From Isurus oxyrinchus (Eukaryota), in NCBI GenBank assembly GCA_026770705.1, contig JANJGN010000140.1, positions 620,001 through 684,000 on the forward strand: 64,000 nt of DNA, written 5' to 3'. A program made the position numbers and the translations under genes. Of this stretch, positions 11,781-25,999 are shown piece by piece. How positions within the stretch are numbered: position 1 is the first letter of the stretch; every line of letters begins with the position of its first letter. Under the pieces are notes generated by a model. The model was given only the letters and a program-made list of their open reading frames with translations, did no database searches and was not told the DNA's origin.

Positions 11781-13539
11781 ATATGAACTGTTTACTGATC
11801 CAGGTCTGGATCAATGTCAAATGAGACAGCGTCTAGTGCAGTGATTACTGACAGAGGATCTAGATTAATATAAACTGTGACAGGGCCAAGTGCAGTGATT
11901 ACTGATACAGGTACTAGATTAATATAAACTAGGACAGGGGCCAGTGTATGATTAATGATACAGGATTAGGATCAATATAAACTGAGACAGTGTCCTTTAC
12001 AATGATTACTGATAAAGGATCAGGACTAATATAAACTGAATCGGGGCCTAGTGCAGTCATTACTAATACAGGGTCTAGATTAATAGGAACTGAGATAGAG
12101 TCCAGTGCAATGTTTCCTGTTACATGGTCCTGGTCAATTTAAACTCAGACAATGTCCAGTGCAGCCTTTACTAATACAGGGTCTCAATTAATAGAAACTG
12201 AGACAGGGTCCAGTGCAGTGATTCCTGATATATGGTGTGGACTAGAATAAACTCAGACAGGGCCAAGTGCAAGAATTACTTCATCATTGATGCCCATATC
12301 CCAAGAACGAATTAAAATGCTGCAAAATACTGCGTGTTCTGGAAGTCTAAAGCAGGGCAAAAAAATAACCACTCAGCAGGTCAGTGGGCATCAATAGAGA
12401 GAGAAACAGGTCAAACGTTCAGGCCGATGACAGGTGAAAAATCTCCCTTGGTACCAATCTATAGAGCAGGACTGTTCTCCCCACTATCCTAGTCCAGTAT
12501 TCATTCTTCAACTAAAATCACATATTATCTCGTCATTTTTCGCAGCTCTATTCGTGGGAGCTTGCTGTGCACAAATCACCGGATGGATTTCCAATATTAC
12601 AGCAGTGACTAAACTTCAACAAATGTACATCAATGAGTTTCAAGGGTTTTAAGACATGGGGTCGTGAGCAACGTTCTATAAGTGAAAATTCTTCCTAAAT
12701 GTTAACATTTTAAAATGCTAGTTGTGATATGTTGAAAACTCTAAGATAAATATGATTATAGGTTGCTTCTCTGGCTGCTGTTTTAAATTGTCCAGCTTAA
12801 ATGGGTTAAATCTTCCAACAAATTGACATTCAGTGGAATCCCAGCCTGTTCAAAGATTCTTCATTGATTGAGATAGCAGAACTTTCAGAACTGAATTATT
12901 AATTGAAATGTATCTTCAGTTGTTTGAAATAAATAGCAACTGTTCTAATGAATGTTGAAAATGTTTCTATTAATTTTGTACCAACTGGCAATATTCCTAA
13001 AATAAACCCTTGTTTTGAGTTGAAACCAATCAATAAGTGTCTGTGTTTATCTGGTTTTGCTGCCATGAACACTTCATTGAAATCAGTCAGGCATTTATGT
13101 AAATAAACACAGAAGTAGAAGTACCAGATTAGATTCTGGATACACAAAAACACAGCAAATATTTCCCCATCAACACAGCACAGAAATAGAGTCAAACATG
13201 CAAATACATCAACTGATTTCAGTAGCAATTGTTTTTTGGGCATTTTTTAAATCAGTTATATGAGAATTATGTCACAATGATATCTATGTTCAGAATAAAG
13301 TAAGATTCACACTTATCATGAAATATAATGTCACTGCAAATATGTTTGTAGAGATTTCCTGTATCCTCTCTCTCTCTCTCTCTGTCTCTTTCTCCTCTCT
13401 GGTTCTTTGTCTTGTCTTTCCACCATGGGTCACTCTCTTTACTCCACAACATGAAGTCAATGTCTAGCCAATGTATTCTCTCAGCCCGATTCATACACTT
13501 CAATCTAAATGGATCAAATGAAATGGATTAGAATCCATA

Positions 13540-14540
13540 GAGGGAACTTTATTCTCAATCTATTTTGAGCATTCACTGACTTGAGAGTGCTTGGTGGGAA
13601 ACTGCAGGTGAAACGTTATTCCATATCTAACCTGTGTTGCAGCCAGTAGTGTAGATTTGATGTGGCCGTGCCGAAGGCTCTTTCCCTGTATCTAACTCGT
13701 GCTGTCCCTGCCTTTGGAGTGTCTGATGGGACAGTATAGAGGGAGCTTTACTTTGCACCTAACCTGCACTGTGACTGCCCTGGGAGTGTTTGATACGACT
13801 GTGTAGAGGGAGATTTAGTCTGTATCTAAACTGTGCTATACCTGGCCTGCGACTAATTGATAGGGCAGTTTAGAGGGAGCTTTACTCTGCATCTAAACCA
13901 TGCTGTATTTGCCATGGCTGTGTTTGATGAGACAGTGTAAAGGGAGATTTGCCCCTATCTAAGCCCTGGGAATGCCTGATGTGACAGTGCAGAGGCAGCT
14001 TGCCCCTTTACCTGCCCCCAGTGTCGAGCTTCCTGGGAAATGTCTGATGAAGAGTGCAGAGGAAACTTTTCACTGCATAGAACCCTTATCCTACATGCCT
14101 TTACTGTGTTTGAGTGGACAATGTAGAGGAAGTTTTCCCCTGTATCCGACTGGTGTTGTTCCTGCCCTGGGAATGTTTGATGACGACAGTATAGAGGGAG
14201 ATTCATCCTGAATCTAACCCGTGCTTTGCCTGCCTTGGGAGTTTTTCATGTGGCAATGTAGACGGAACTTTATATTATTAATGTAAACTTGCCCTGGGGC
14301 TGTTTGATGGAGCAGTGGGCCTTGTCTATGCATTACACTAGACTGTGTGTCACCGTATCTAACCTGTGCTGCATCTGCTCTGGGAGTGTTTCATGGTGAC
14401 AGTGTTGAGGGAGTTTCCCTCTCTCTAACCTGTGCTGCATCTTCCCTTGGAGTGTTCAATGTGACAGTGTCGAGGTAGCTTTAAATTCTGTGCCTAGCCC
14501 CATGCTGCACCTGTCCTGGGAGTGTTTGATGGGACAGTAG
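13540..14540. repeat. 67-bp tandem repeat
   Basis: Unit ~gggagtgtttgatgggacagtgtagagggagctttactctgtatctaacccgtgctgtacctgccct; period of 67 checked at 13716/13783. Confidence 0.85.
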
Positions 14541-15860
14541 ACCCTGTCTCAATATTGTGTTCGACCGTGACCCTATTCTTGTTTATATTACACAGACCAG
14601 ACCCTGTCTCTGTTTATATTACAGTCGACCCTGTCTCTGTTTGTATTATACTAGGCCCTGTCCCTGTTTATATGACACTCAACATGTATCTTTTTTTATA
14701 TTCAACATGCCTCTGTTTATATTGCACTAGGCCCTGCCCTGGTTTATATTATACTAGACCCTGTTTCTCTTTATGTTACACTGATCCCTGTCGAAGTTTA
14801 CATTACATTGGACCCTGTCTCTGTTTATATTATACTAGGCTCTGCCCCTGTTTGCATTACACTTGGTATGTTGCTGTTTAGATTACACTCGGCATGTCTC
14901 TGTTAATATACTCGATAGGTCTCTGTTTATTTTGCACTAAACACTATCTCTATTTATATTACATTAGATGCGGTCTCTGTTTATATTGCACTTGGCCCTG
15001 CCCCTGTTTATATTAAACTGGGCCCTGTATGTTTACAATACACTAGACTCTGTCTCTATTTATATTACACTGGACCCTGTTTCTGTTTATATTACTCTAG
15101 ATCCTGTCTTTGCTTCTATTAAACAAGGCCCTGTCTCTGTTTATATTATAATTGACCTTTCTCTGTATATTTTAATCTAGAACTGTCTCTGTATTTCAGT
15201 AGCCACTGTCTCAGTTCTGTGCTAGATCATATCTGTATTTAAATTACATTAGACCCTGCCTCAGTTATTACTGCACTGCACAAGTGCCATAATGTGGAAA
15301 TTGGCTGGGGTGGAAATAGTGAAGATAAGGCAGCAAGATGGTGGGAACAATTAACATGGGGGCCTGTTTAGATGTTATAACTTGTCCTCCCTGCATCCCA
15401 GATTTGTGCTCATGATCCGCAGACCTCTCTTATATTGCAGCTGTTTAACTTAAACCATTTAACTCCTATTTCCAGGATCTAGTGCAATAAAGTAAGTGAA
15501 TATACTAATGTAATATAAACAGAGGACAATTACATAAATAACTGAGACAGGACCTAATGTTACAGAAACAGAAACATGGACTAGAACAGTAACAATGACA
15601 CAGGCCCAGTGTTGTATGAACAGAGACATGGTGGAGAGCAGCAATAACTGAGACAGGGTCCCGTGTTACAGAAACAGAAACATGGACTAGAGCAGTGACA
15701 ATGAGGCAAGCCCAGTATAATATGAACAGACACATGATGGAGAGCAGCAAGAACTGAGGCAGGGCCCGTGTTACAGAAACAGAAACATGGGCAAGAGCAG
15801 TGACAATGAGACAGGCCCAGTTTAATATGAAGAGACACGGTGGAGTGCAGCAATATTGAC
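14540..15860. repeat. 27-bp minisatellite blocks related to the 54-bp satellite, in both orientations
   Basis: ccctgtctctgtttatattacactaga-like units at 14540-15270; opposite-orientation units at 15470-15860. Confidence 0.8.
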
Positions 15861-16409
15861 ACCATATTGAAGTCCCACAGAACCAGATAAGATTTGGGTG
15901 GAGATACCTCCAGGTGATTACCACCTATTGCCCTCCCTCAGCTGATGAATCTGCACTTTTTCATCTTTAGCACTGCGTGGAAGAAACACTGAGGGTAGCA
16001 AGGGCAAAGAATATGCTGTGAATTTGCAAAATCAATTACCATTTGACAAGACCAAGAATGTCGGAGCTGGATGAGTCCTGAATGACGTATCTGCCAGAAT
16101 GGACCTGCCACAAATGGTGAGAGAGCCGACATGAGGGAAACCCTTACCTGATCTCTGGCCCACCACACTATTGATATAAATGTAATTGACCCCTGCTCTG
16201 TCCTTGTGGAAACCCAGGCTGGTATTCACACTGAGCACATTCTCCATTGTGTTGTGCAGCACTGCTGCTGTGCTAAATGGGACACATTCAGAACAGATCT
16301 AGCAGCTCAAAACTTAGCATCAACGAGATACTGTTGGTCATTAACAGCAGGAGAGTTGCATTCAATCACACCCTGTAATCTCATGGACCAGAATATCCCT
16401 CACTCAAAC

Positions 16410-17100
16410 CTTAGTGTGCCTTTCCACAGATTCCTGAAGGTAGCAGAGCAGATCGATGAGGTAGTTAAGAAGGCATATGGGTTACTTGCCTTTATTAGCT
16501 GAGGCATAAAACACAAGAGCAGGGAGGTTATGCTGGAACTGTATAAAACGTTGGTTAGACCACAACTGGAGCACTGCATGCAGTTCTGGTCACCACATTT
16601 CTAGGAAGTATGTGACTGCACTGGAGAGAGTGCAGAGGAGATTTACCAGGATGCTGTTTGCACTGGAGGGTCTGAGCTATGACGAAAGATTGGATAAGCT
16701 GGGACTGTTTTCCTTGCAGCAACGATGGTTGAGGAGGTGCTGAGGAGCATAGATAGGGTGGATAGGAAGGCACCTTTTCCATTACTAGAGGGGTCAAAAA
16801 CCAGAGAGCAGAGATGTTGGATAAGGGGTAGAAGGCTAAGAGGGGAGTTGAGGAGGATCTTTTTCACCCAGAGGGTAGTAGGAATTCGGAACTTACTGCC
16901 CGAAAGGGTGGTTGAGTCAGAAACTCTAGTAACATTTAAGAAGGATTTAAATGTTCCCTTAAGCTGCCATAGCCTCCAGGGCTATGGGCCAAGTGCAGGA
17001 AAATGGGATTAGTGTAGTCAGATCTTTGTTTATCGAAGCAGAAACGATGGGCCAAATGGCCCATCTGTGCTGTAAACGTCTAGTGTCTATGAGTCTAACA
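16410..17100 (+). mobile_element. CR1 LINE 3' fragment
   Basis: VVKKAYGLLAFIS and IFFTQRVVGIRNLLPERVVE motifs. Confidence 0.85.
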
Positions 17101-17359
17101 TCCAGCCTGGGAACAATGAGGAATGTAGGCCAGCAGGTTAGAAGCAAGACCAGGCATACCTGAAAATGATGAACCATTGCGTGAAGCCAGAACGCTGTAC
17201 GTAATGGACAACAGATTAGGTCCGTCCCCTCGCAGCTCAATCAGTCTCCTCTCAATCATCGGTAAAGTGACTGAAGGTGTCGCCGACCTGCCTACCAAAG
17301 CTCAGACTGAATCCACCAGGATCAGCCAGCATCAAAGCTCATTGTAAACTTGGTCTGAA

Positions 17360-18330
17360 CGTGGACAAGAGAGTGAACTTCCAGACATGATGTATGAGTG
17401 CTTCAGTACTTGATGTCTAAGTAGCTATTGACTGAGTGTGGCATCAGGAAGCCTTGGAAAGTGTCAGGTCAACGGGAATCAGGGGCAAGTCTCTCCATTG
17501 GCTGGAGTCACACCTAGTGAATATGAAGATGTTGCGTTGTTGGAGACCGAGCATCTCAGCACCAGGCCATCATTCAAGGAGTCTCTCGGAGAAGTGTCCT
17601 TGGTCCAACCATCTTCAGCAGCCTGATCAATGACCCGCCCTCATCACTGGGTCAGGAGTGGGGATGTCCGCTCATATTTTCACAGTGTTCAGTTCCATTT
17701 ATGACCTCTCAGATGATGAAACCGTCCTTACTTATTGCATCTCTAACTGGACAAGTTTGCGCTGATAAGTTGCAAGTGATATAAGCAACACACAAGTGCC
17801 AGGCAATGGCGAACTCCAACAATAAAGAAACCAAACATCTCCCCTTCATGTTCAAAAGACATTACCGTCATTGAAACCCACCATCAACGTTGTGCAGGTG
17901 CCATTGAACAGAAACTGAACTGGACCACCCACATAAATACTGTGGCTACAAGAGTAGGTCAGAGGCTGCGAATCCTGTGGCGAATAACTCACCTCCGGAT
18001 TCCCCGAAGCCTTTCCATCATCTGCAAATCTGCAAGTCTGGTGCCTGTTGGAAATTATTTACTTTCCTTGATAAATGTAACTGCAGCAACACTCGAGAAC
18101 ATCACACCAACCAGGGGAGATCAACCCCTTGATAGGCTCCTCATCCAGGAATTAAACATTCACTCCCTTCACCACCGATACACAGTGGCTGCAGTGTGTA
18201 CCATCCACAAGATGCACTGCAGCAACTCGCCAAGGCCTCTTCAACAACACCTACCATACCTGTGACCTCGACCTCCCAGAATAACAAGGGCAACAAACAT
18301 ATGGGAACACAATGCCCTGCATCCTCCTAC
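17360..18330 (+). mobile_element. Degenerate LINE (CR1/L2-like) RT fragment
   Basis: WHQEALES..GIRGKSLHWLESHL; the ATRVGQRLRILWRITHL..HHRYTVAAVCTIHKMHCSN C-terminal motif. Confidence 0.65.
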
Positions 18331-20439
18331 ACATACCACTCCATGGGTGGGGAATTGGCCTTTGGCGCAGGAACAGAAGGGATATCTGAAATCTAATTCT
18401 GCTGACTGCACTGAAAATGAATATCAATTGCTGCATAGCATATACAGCCGATCCGATACCCTCCTTTCAGGTTACTGCCAGATACCGATCTCGAGCCTAA
18501 CGTCATTATTTATAATATCTCTCCATCTCACAGAAACATGGAGTAATGCAGCCATAATTTAAACCGAGGCATAGATAAAATCAAAATGCTGCAAATGCTG
18601 GAAATCTGAAATAAAGACAGAAAATGCTGGACAAACTCAGCAGATTGGACAGCATCTGCGGAGAAACAGAGCTAATGCTTCTCGTCCATATGACTCTTCT
18701 TCAGAAACATAGCCTAGTGCTGTAGTTACAATGACCACTATAATGTAGACATAGTCAAGATTTAATATAACATAAACAGAGACAGGGCCTAGTGTAATAT
18801 AAACAGAGAAAGAATCCAGTGCAATACAAACTGAGATGGCTTCCAGTGGTACATTAATGAGATAGGGTCTATTTTAATACAAACAGAGGCCTGACCCAGC
18901 ACAATAGAAATAAACTTATTCCCAGGGAATTAATAATGGAACCAGGATCCTGTATAACATGGGAGGGATGATCGTGCAGTGGGAACGTCACTGAATCAGT
19001 AGCCCAGAGATCCAGGCCTTTTCCCTGGGGATAGGGGTTTGAAGCCTGTTTTGGCAGCATGTGGAATCCAAATTCAGTTAATAAATCTGGAATTGAAAGC
19101 TCATCTCAATAATGCTGACCATGAAACTATAATTGGTTATATTAAACATCCGTCTGGTTCACCGATGTCATTTAGGGAAGGAAATCTGCCGTCCTGACCC
19201 AATCTGGCCTACATTTTTTTTGTTCCTTCATGAGAATGGGGGCGGCGCTGGCTAGGCCAGCATTTATTGCCCATCCCTAATTGCCCCCTTGAGAACAGTG
19301 CGGCTTGTTAGGCTGGGTTTTTACAATGGTTTCATGGTCATCATTAGATTTTTCGATTCAGATTTCACCAACTGGCGTGGTGGGATTCAAACCCAGAACC
19401 CCCAGCGATTTACTAGCCCAGTGAGAATACCAGCACATCACCACCTCCCATACATATAACTCCAGACCCACAGCTTTGTGGAGCCCCATTCTCCAGTTAT
19501 TTGTTTACTTGTCCACCACCATTTGCGACTTGATGTGACAGGACTGCAGAGGTAAATCCAATCTGTTTGAATTGGGAACTTCCAGGCTGTGTGATATAAA
19601 TATTGGTATTGACTGGTGCAGTATTAATTGAAACAGGGTACATTGAAATATAAAGAGAGACAGTGTTTGGTCTAACATAAAAATAGATGGAGTCCAATTT
19701 AAAAAGAGAGAAACAGGGTCCAGTGCAGTATTAACTGAGACAATGCCTGCTTCATCGAATGTGTCCATCGAGATTTCACATCCATCTGCTGGCCAAAATT
19801 TGCAATTGCAGCTCCTTTGAAAATGTCGCTGTCAGGTTCGATCTTTGACATTGTATCAAGAATCCACTTCCCCAGGTGTCTCAACACGTCGCTTTCAACT
19901 AATTGCAGATGAACGTGGTGATTAGCGCAAGTTAAAGTCAGCACCAGAGTAAAGCGGCCCAATTCCTGGTGATGTAACTTTGTTCATCTTGATTAAAGGG
20001 AGGGATGTTGACCAGGGAGCTGTATAGAGACGGCGGGAGCTTTATTTTATCCACCTCAACAAACATAATGTTGGGAAAAGTTTATTGGTTCATGATACCA
20101 CCTGATAGACAGTTAGGGTCATTTTCTTCAATAGTTAAGGCCTATGAAGCCTCCCAGGAAGTCAAGGTGGAATCTTAAGTTGAAGCACAAGATGCCATTT
20201 TGTTCTGTGTGTGTGGGGGAGATAGGGAGGGAGAGAAAGAGCAAGAAGCACATCACATTGTTTGCAACTGAATTTCACGAAGATCCTGGACAACCTTCCA
20301 TCTATGAAAGGTCACAGACACACAATGGAAACAAACCCATTTCAGATGTGCTGATTGCTAAGGAGGCCAATTGTTGTGAGGCAGGCTCTGCCACAAGTGC
20401 TGCACATGAAGCTACAAAGTGTCATTGTGACTTGATTTT

Positions 20440-21820
20440 TTTCTCCCGGTGTTTGCCTCGATTTCCAAGCCACTTTAGCCGCTGGTCATCGTGGTGATTC
20501 ACGCCAACCCACAGGAGGTGTCGCCATTTTCCTCAGTTGTCAGTTAGTTACACTCAGTTGTGATAATCGATATTTAGGGCCTTCACTTCAAGCAGCCTTG
20601 AAGCGGAGTTTTGGGCGTCCCACTGGTTGCCTGCCTTCAGCTCCCTCAGCAAACAGAAAATCCTTGTGTATGTGACCATCTTCCATCCTACGAACATTCT
20701 CAAGGCACAAAAACTGCTTCTGTTTGATGGGTTCTTCGCCTTGGGAGTTCTGCCTTTGAGAGTATCACTGCATTCGTGCCTTTATCCAGCCAGTACATAC
20801 CCATAATGTGCAGCAGGTATTGAAGATGGAAATTGTGCATCTTCTTTACTTGATAGCTGTCAGTTTCACAGCCATTCAACAAGGTGCTGAGAACACAGGC
20901 CTTATAAACCATCAGCTTGGTCCTAAGGGTCAGTTTGATATTATTCCATGGGCGTTTCATGACTCAGGCAAAGGTGGCAGCTGCTTTCCCCATGTGGGTA
21001 TGAAGTTCGTCATCATGGAACAGGCTGCCTGTCACCTTGGAACCCAGGGAACGGAATTTACTTCCATCCGTTTGTTATTTAGTGTGGTCAATGCCGGAAA
21101 TACAACACCTTGTCTCATGACCAGGGTTTTCTCCATGCTTATAGTCAGGGAGAACAAGTTACAGGCATGGGAGAGACAGTCCATCAGTCTTTGTGAATAA
21201 GTTTCCGTTTTGATGACAGAGTTATCAGCGTGGAGGAATTCTCTGATCAGGATTCAATGTGTTTATGTCTTCACTTTCTGTCTTATAGATTGTGGAGCTT
21301 ACGGTCTGATCGAGTGTGTAAGTCAACTCCTTCCATATCGACAGGGAAGACAAAGATCAGCTGCATGGAGAAGGTGCCCAACAGAGTGGGGGTTGGACAC
21401 AGGCCTGTTTCATTCCATTCTTCACTATGAATCTGTCAGAAGTGGAATCATCAATCTGTACAGTGCAGTGCATGTTGTCATGGGAGGAGTGGATGAGACT
21501 GGGGAGCTTTGGTGAACAGCCAATTTTCCCAAAAATCTTCTAGAGTCGTGTTCTGCTGATGGTGTCGAGCGTATGGAGCAAATCATGTCCAGAGTATATC
21601 TTCTGACATAAACATCACACTGTGCTTCAGCCTGCAACCAGATGAAGTATTTAAAGCATGACCCAAGGAATGGCCTTCTCCGTGACTCTATGATTGAGAT
21701 GTCCCTGTAGTTGTTGCAGTCTCAACTGTCGGCTTTGTTTTCAGATAGTGTGGTGATTTTTGCATCATTTACCTCCTGTGGAACGGATCTTATCTTTCAG
21801 CAGAGAAGAAGAAGGTCGTA
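20440..21820 (-). mobile_element. Degenerate RTE-clade LINE
   Basis: LTLRTKLMVYKACVLSTLL(N)GCE motif typical of the RTE RT C-terminus; multiple frameshifts. Confidence 0.75.
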
Positions 21821-21829
21821 AAGGCGGAG

Positions 21830-22085
21830 AAAGATAAATAATTATCAACATCAACCATAATCAATTCATGAAGGTAAATAATTATATTCAAGAATTATCA
21901 TCAGTTCACAAAGATAAATAATGATATTCACCAACTATCATCAATTCACAAACATAAATGATTATATTCACCATTTATCATCAACCCACAAAGATAAATA
22001 ATTATATTTACCAATTACCATCAATTTACAAAACAAATAATTATGTTCAGTAATGATCATCCATGCACAAAGATTAATAATTGCA
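21830..22085. repeat. 40-bp AT-rich tandem repeat
   Basis: aagataaataattatattcaccaattatcatcaattcaca units at 21911, 21951 and 21991. Confidence 0.85.
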
Positions 22086-22879
22086 TGAACCAATCATTTT
22101 CAGCATTTTATTCCATACAAAATGTAATTGCGATCCATTTAATATCATTAACATTGATTGAGACCACATTGACCATTCTGTCAGTAAAGGAAAATATCTG
22201 TCCCAGAATTCAGTGGGAAATGGAATTAAATCAGACCAGGGTAATGAGCAGCTACCCAGCAGCCTCTGCGCTTTATTGACAAGTAATCACCTCATGTTCA
22301 CACAGAACCTCCTGATGTATAACTGGAGTGTGTGAGGATTTGAAAAGTGATGGTCTAAATAAAAATACCTGGACCTGAGTGTAAGTTAATGCAGCTCTCC
22401 AGTGAGTAATGTCTGTTACCTTCACTAATTTGGGTGAGGATGTGTTGAATGTTTTGTTGCAAGGACGACATATTTCAAATATTACAATCCTCCATCCTAA
22501 ACCGAATTATGTACCCTCTTTCTGTCTGAAAGATGATGATTCACCATCAGAAGGGAAGAATCATCAGTACCGCAGGGACATCTCCAGCCTTCTCTTGTGA
22601 CATTCAGCTCATTAGGCTGGGGATGGAATACATCCGGAAAATCTGGAGGGACTGACACAAATGAAATACTGAACCTGCTTCAAGATATAACGTCGTCATG
22701 CACCAATATAGGAAGGTGGAACTGCGTTTTTCAGGCGCATCGATCGATACATCGGTCAACCCATTCATTGATTCCTTAATCAAAATATTCAAACATCCAA
22801 CTACCATTCATTCCTGCATTACTGCAGTCATCCCTCCATTCTTTGGCAGACGGTTGTGTTGTATTAATGTCACTGGATA

Positions 22880-23210
22880 AGTAACAAAGACACGAACTCA
22901 AATCTCACCATGACAGCTAAAGGAATTTAAATTCAGTAATAAATCTGGGATTGAAAGCTGATCCAGTGAAGGAAACCGTGAAACCACCATCGATTGTGGA
23001 AAAAAACTCATCTGATTCACTAATGCCCTTCAGAAAAGGAAACCTGCCACTGTACCTAGTCTGGCCTACATGTGAGTCCAGATCCGTAGCAACATGGTGG
23101 ACTCTAACTGCCCTCTGAAATGGCCGAGCAAGGCACTCAGTTCAAAGGCAATTAGGGACAGGCAACAAATGCTGGCCTTGCCAATGACTCCCACATCCCG
23201 TGAAAGAGTA
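22880..23210 (+). mobile_element. SINE fragment (family recurring at ~18960-19490, 44490-44930, 56590-57200, 58490-58800)
   Basis: Shared core tctggcctacatgtgactccaga(c/t)cc...gactc...actgccctctgaaatgg seen in several dispersed copies; boundaries approximate. Confidence 0.6.
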
Positions 23211-25030
23211 AAGGGGCAAAGAAATCACACAAATGTACATGTTTGACTGTTACAAAATGTATCCTCTCTCTGAGTCCTCTCTAATAGTCTGTCTGTAATT
23301 CTTTCCATCCATCCATCCATCAGAATTCTAAGATGTGTTGGAGAGATCCTCCAATGAGCTATTGTTGCTAATAGGGTGTTACAGAAGCTGAATAACTTTT
23401 CTTCCCTGAGAGATGGGGACAGTTCACATAGGTTCACAACTTAAAAAATAAAACTGACTCCAGTGTTGTTGCTGGGTAGATTTGTTATAAATAGGCTTTG
23501 TTGACAATGTTAAGGGTTTGAAGTTGGCTTGCAGCCAAGCGGTCAGGACTGAGGAAACAGATCTTTGATTAACTGCACAAACTCCCAGGTGTTTCCTGTA
23601 AACAACATCGGACATTCGAGCCTTCCTGACTGCAGCCGGCTGACTTGCGTCCAAATACTGTGTGGGGCAGATTAGCCTGGATATGAATGAACAAAATGGT
23701 TTTTGCCATTCAAACAATAAATGTTTCTGTCGCACACGAAAGACACATTTTAAATGGTATTTCATCTAAGGAACTTTTTGAATGAATGCCGTGTTCACTG
23801 TGAGATTGAACTCGATCGGAAAATATTAAATTCACCACATATTGTTATATTATTTCTAATAAAGGGCATTCCAGTTATTAAAGCCGGTTTATTAAGAACT
23901 TCATGGAGTGCGAGAGAGCGATGTTGATGGCCCCAATCCTCCAGTCTAATGAGCTGAGTAGAATGGCAAAAAAAATTAAAATAAATTAAATTAAAAGAAA
24001 ACCATAGAATTGTCTTGAACCTGCAGGAATTCCTTGAATATTCTCCCAGTTGTGCACCTCATTTATCCTGAGGAGTCTCTTATACGTCATTAGCACCGTG
24101 AACTGTACAGTCTAATTTGTGCTGATTTCGATTATTTAACAGCTCCTCTCATAGCTGCCAATGAGTGGAGAAATGACCAGTTCATGACCCGCTTCAGTGA
24201 AAGATGAAACATTTATTCTTGTAATATTGTGTAATATGCCGCAAAGTCCTGATATCCTGTGTTCCCAATACCAGTGAATGGTAGACAGCGGGAGGCCAGT
24301 GAAATTAGCTGCAATGATTTGGATGCTGAAGGATAACTTTTCTCATCTCCGTGTCTGTTCTGATTCACTAACTTCTTTGTCAAAAGTTGATGTAAATTTT
24401 ACGTTTCCCTCTAAACTAACTGTTGAATTATCAGGCAGGCGGACTTCTTTTATCGCTAACTTTCACAGGGCTGTCTTCGGGTCAGGGGCAGATCGAGAAA
24501 TGCAAGGAAAGGCATTGTATAATGTGAGGAGATTCTTCTTATCTCCGGACCCAAATTGTACAGCGATAGCCGCCCTGGCTGTAAATAGAATCACTTTGTT
24601 CATCCCCTGCATTTAGTTACATAAATCAATAATAATTCCTGCGACTGATGACGCTTAATTATTGTAGTGAGATATTGACCCGGAGTTGCTGCAAAACAGA
24701 CTGACTGTTATTCCCTGATAATGTATTTTTTTTTAGGTTCAACCCCTTGGGAAGCAGTGTAGAAATAAATGGACTTAATTTACAATGGAATTCGATTTTT
24801 ATTAATAGATGCTCAACTGCAATTTCACCATTAGAACCAATGGATACATTACAATGAATCCATTCAGCCAAATATCCTGATACAGATAAAATGTCCACTT
24901 TTAACAATAACCTATTGTAGATATCTGAATCCATTCTGTTGAGGGTGTGGAAGATGGGGCGTGGATCCAGTCGCCGCCTCCACCAGGGAATCAACAGGCG
25001 GCGCCTGGAAACCCACCCCCTTCTGCCGGG

Positions 25031-25038
25031 TATTTAAA
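25031..25038 (+). promoter_or_regulatory. TATA-like box of the IgM VH promoter
   Basis: TATTTAAA about 100 bp upstream of the leader ATG in a CpG-containing patch; no octamer seen nearby. Confidence 0.6.
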
Positions 25039-25129
25039 TGCCGCTCACTGGGGCCGGAATCCAACAGTCCGGGAGCTGGTTTGTTCACTGAGTTCTGGAC
25101 AGAACCATTTTCCCCAAATGACCAGAAGG

Positions 25130-25175
25130 ATGAGGTCGGCGATTTCTCTCAGTTTGTTGCTGACTTTCTTATCCC
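25130..25175 (+). CDS. IGHV: IgM VH leader exon (MRSAISLSLLLTFLS-)
   Basis: 46-nt hydrophobic exon ending C|GTGAG; an in-frame upstream ATG lies at 25118. Confidence 0.93.
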
Positions 25176-25303
25176 GTGAGTAGCTTTTATTGTCCAAGTC
25201 TCTCACTATTACTGGCTCGGTGTGAGTCTCTCTCTGGAATGTGACAGAGTCAGGAATCATTTCACCAGGATTAATCCTCGGGGTTTTTGATATATTTTTA
25301 CAG

Positions 25304-25608
25304 ATGTCCAGTCGGAGTTTGTGTTGATTCAGCCAGAGGCAGAGACCGGGCGACCCGGAGGCTCACTGAGACTGACCTGTAAAACCAGCGGCTTCGATGT
25401 TGGCAGCTACTACATGTACTGGATCCGACAGGTTCCCGGACAGGGTCTGGAGTGGCTGCTTTGGTTCTATAGTTCATCCAGCAACAACTATGCCCCAGCA
25501 ATTAAGAATCGATTCACTGCGTCCAAAGACACTTCAAGGAACATCTTCTCCTTGGACATGACGAACCTGAAGACTGAAGACACAGCCATCTATTACTGTG
25601 CAAAAGAC
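25304..25608 (+). CDS. IGHV: IgM-type VH exon, open reading frame
   Basis: tttttacag|AT; [60 protein letters not shown], with canonical Cys/Trp/Cys. Confidence 0.97.
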
Positions 25609-25647
25609 CACAGCGAGAGGGACCAGGGCTGGACCAGAACAAGAACA
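25609..25647 (+). other. VH 23-RSS
   Basis: CACAGCG - 23 nt - ACAAGAACA. Confidence 0.92.
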
Positions 25648-25999
25648 GATCGAGAGAAACTCAACAACTTCCACCGTAACCTGACGGCCAGTACTCGTTT
25701 TAAATGTATCATTAACTGTAATGATCTGAACCCGACAACAAGTCGCTTCTGACAAAAGCAAAACAGCAATTTTAACAGTAAAATCTAACAAACCAATTGA
25801 TATAATGAGCTGAGCTTTTGGCTGTGCTTACATTTACTGTTAACAGTTTCCACAATTGCAGACCTGGATATAATGTTCATTTTAATATGCCTGATACTTG
25901 GAGGGGATCACTGTTCATTGAGTTTTGTAAATTGCTGCATAACCACTAAACTAGATCAGAAGTAAACGTCTATTTGAAGTGAATATTGAGAGGGGGTGC

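Larger units (their letters stand above)
3912..12285. repeat. 54-bp satellite (dimer of two related 27-mers), interrupted by CR1 and Penelope insertions
   Basis: Consensus tgcagtgattactgatacagggtctag-attaatataaactgagacagggcctag; period of 54 checked at 6129/6183. Gives the repetitive PVSVITALDPVSVYINL ORFs. Confidence 0.95.

Noticed and set aside
3912-12285. CRISPR-like appearance of the regular array
   Set aside because: No unique spacers; both halves of the unit are repeated; vertebrate context; no cas genes.
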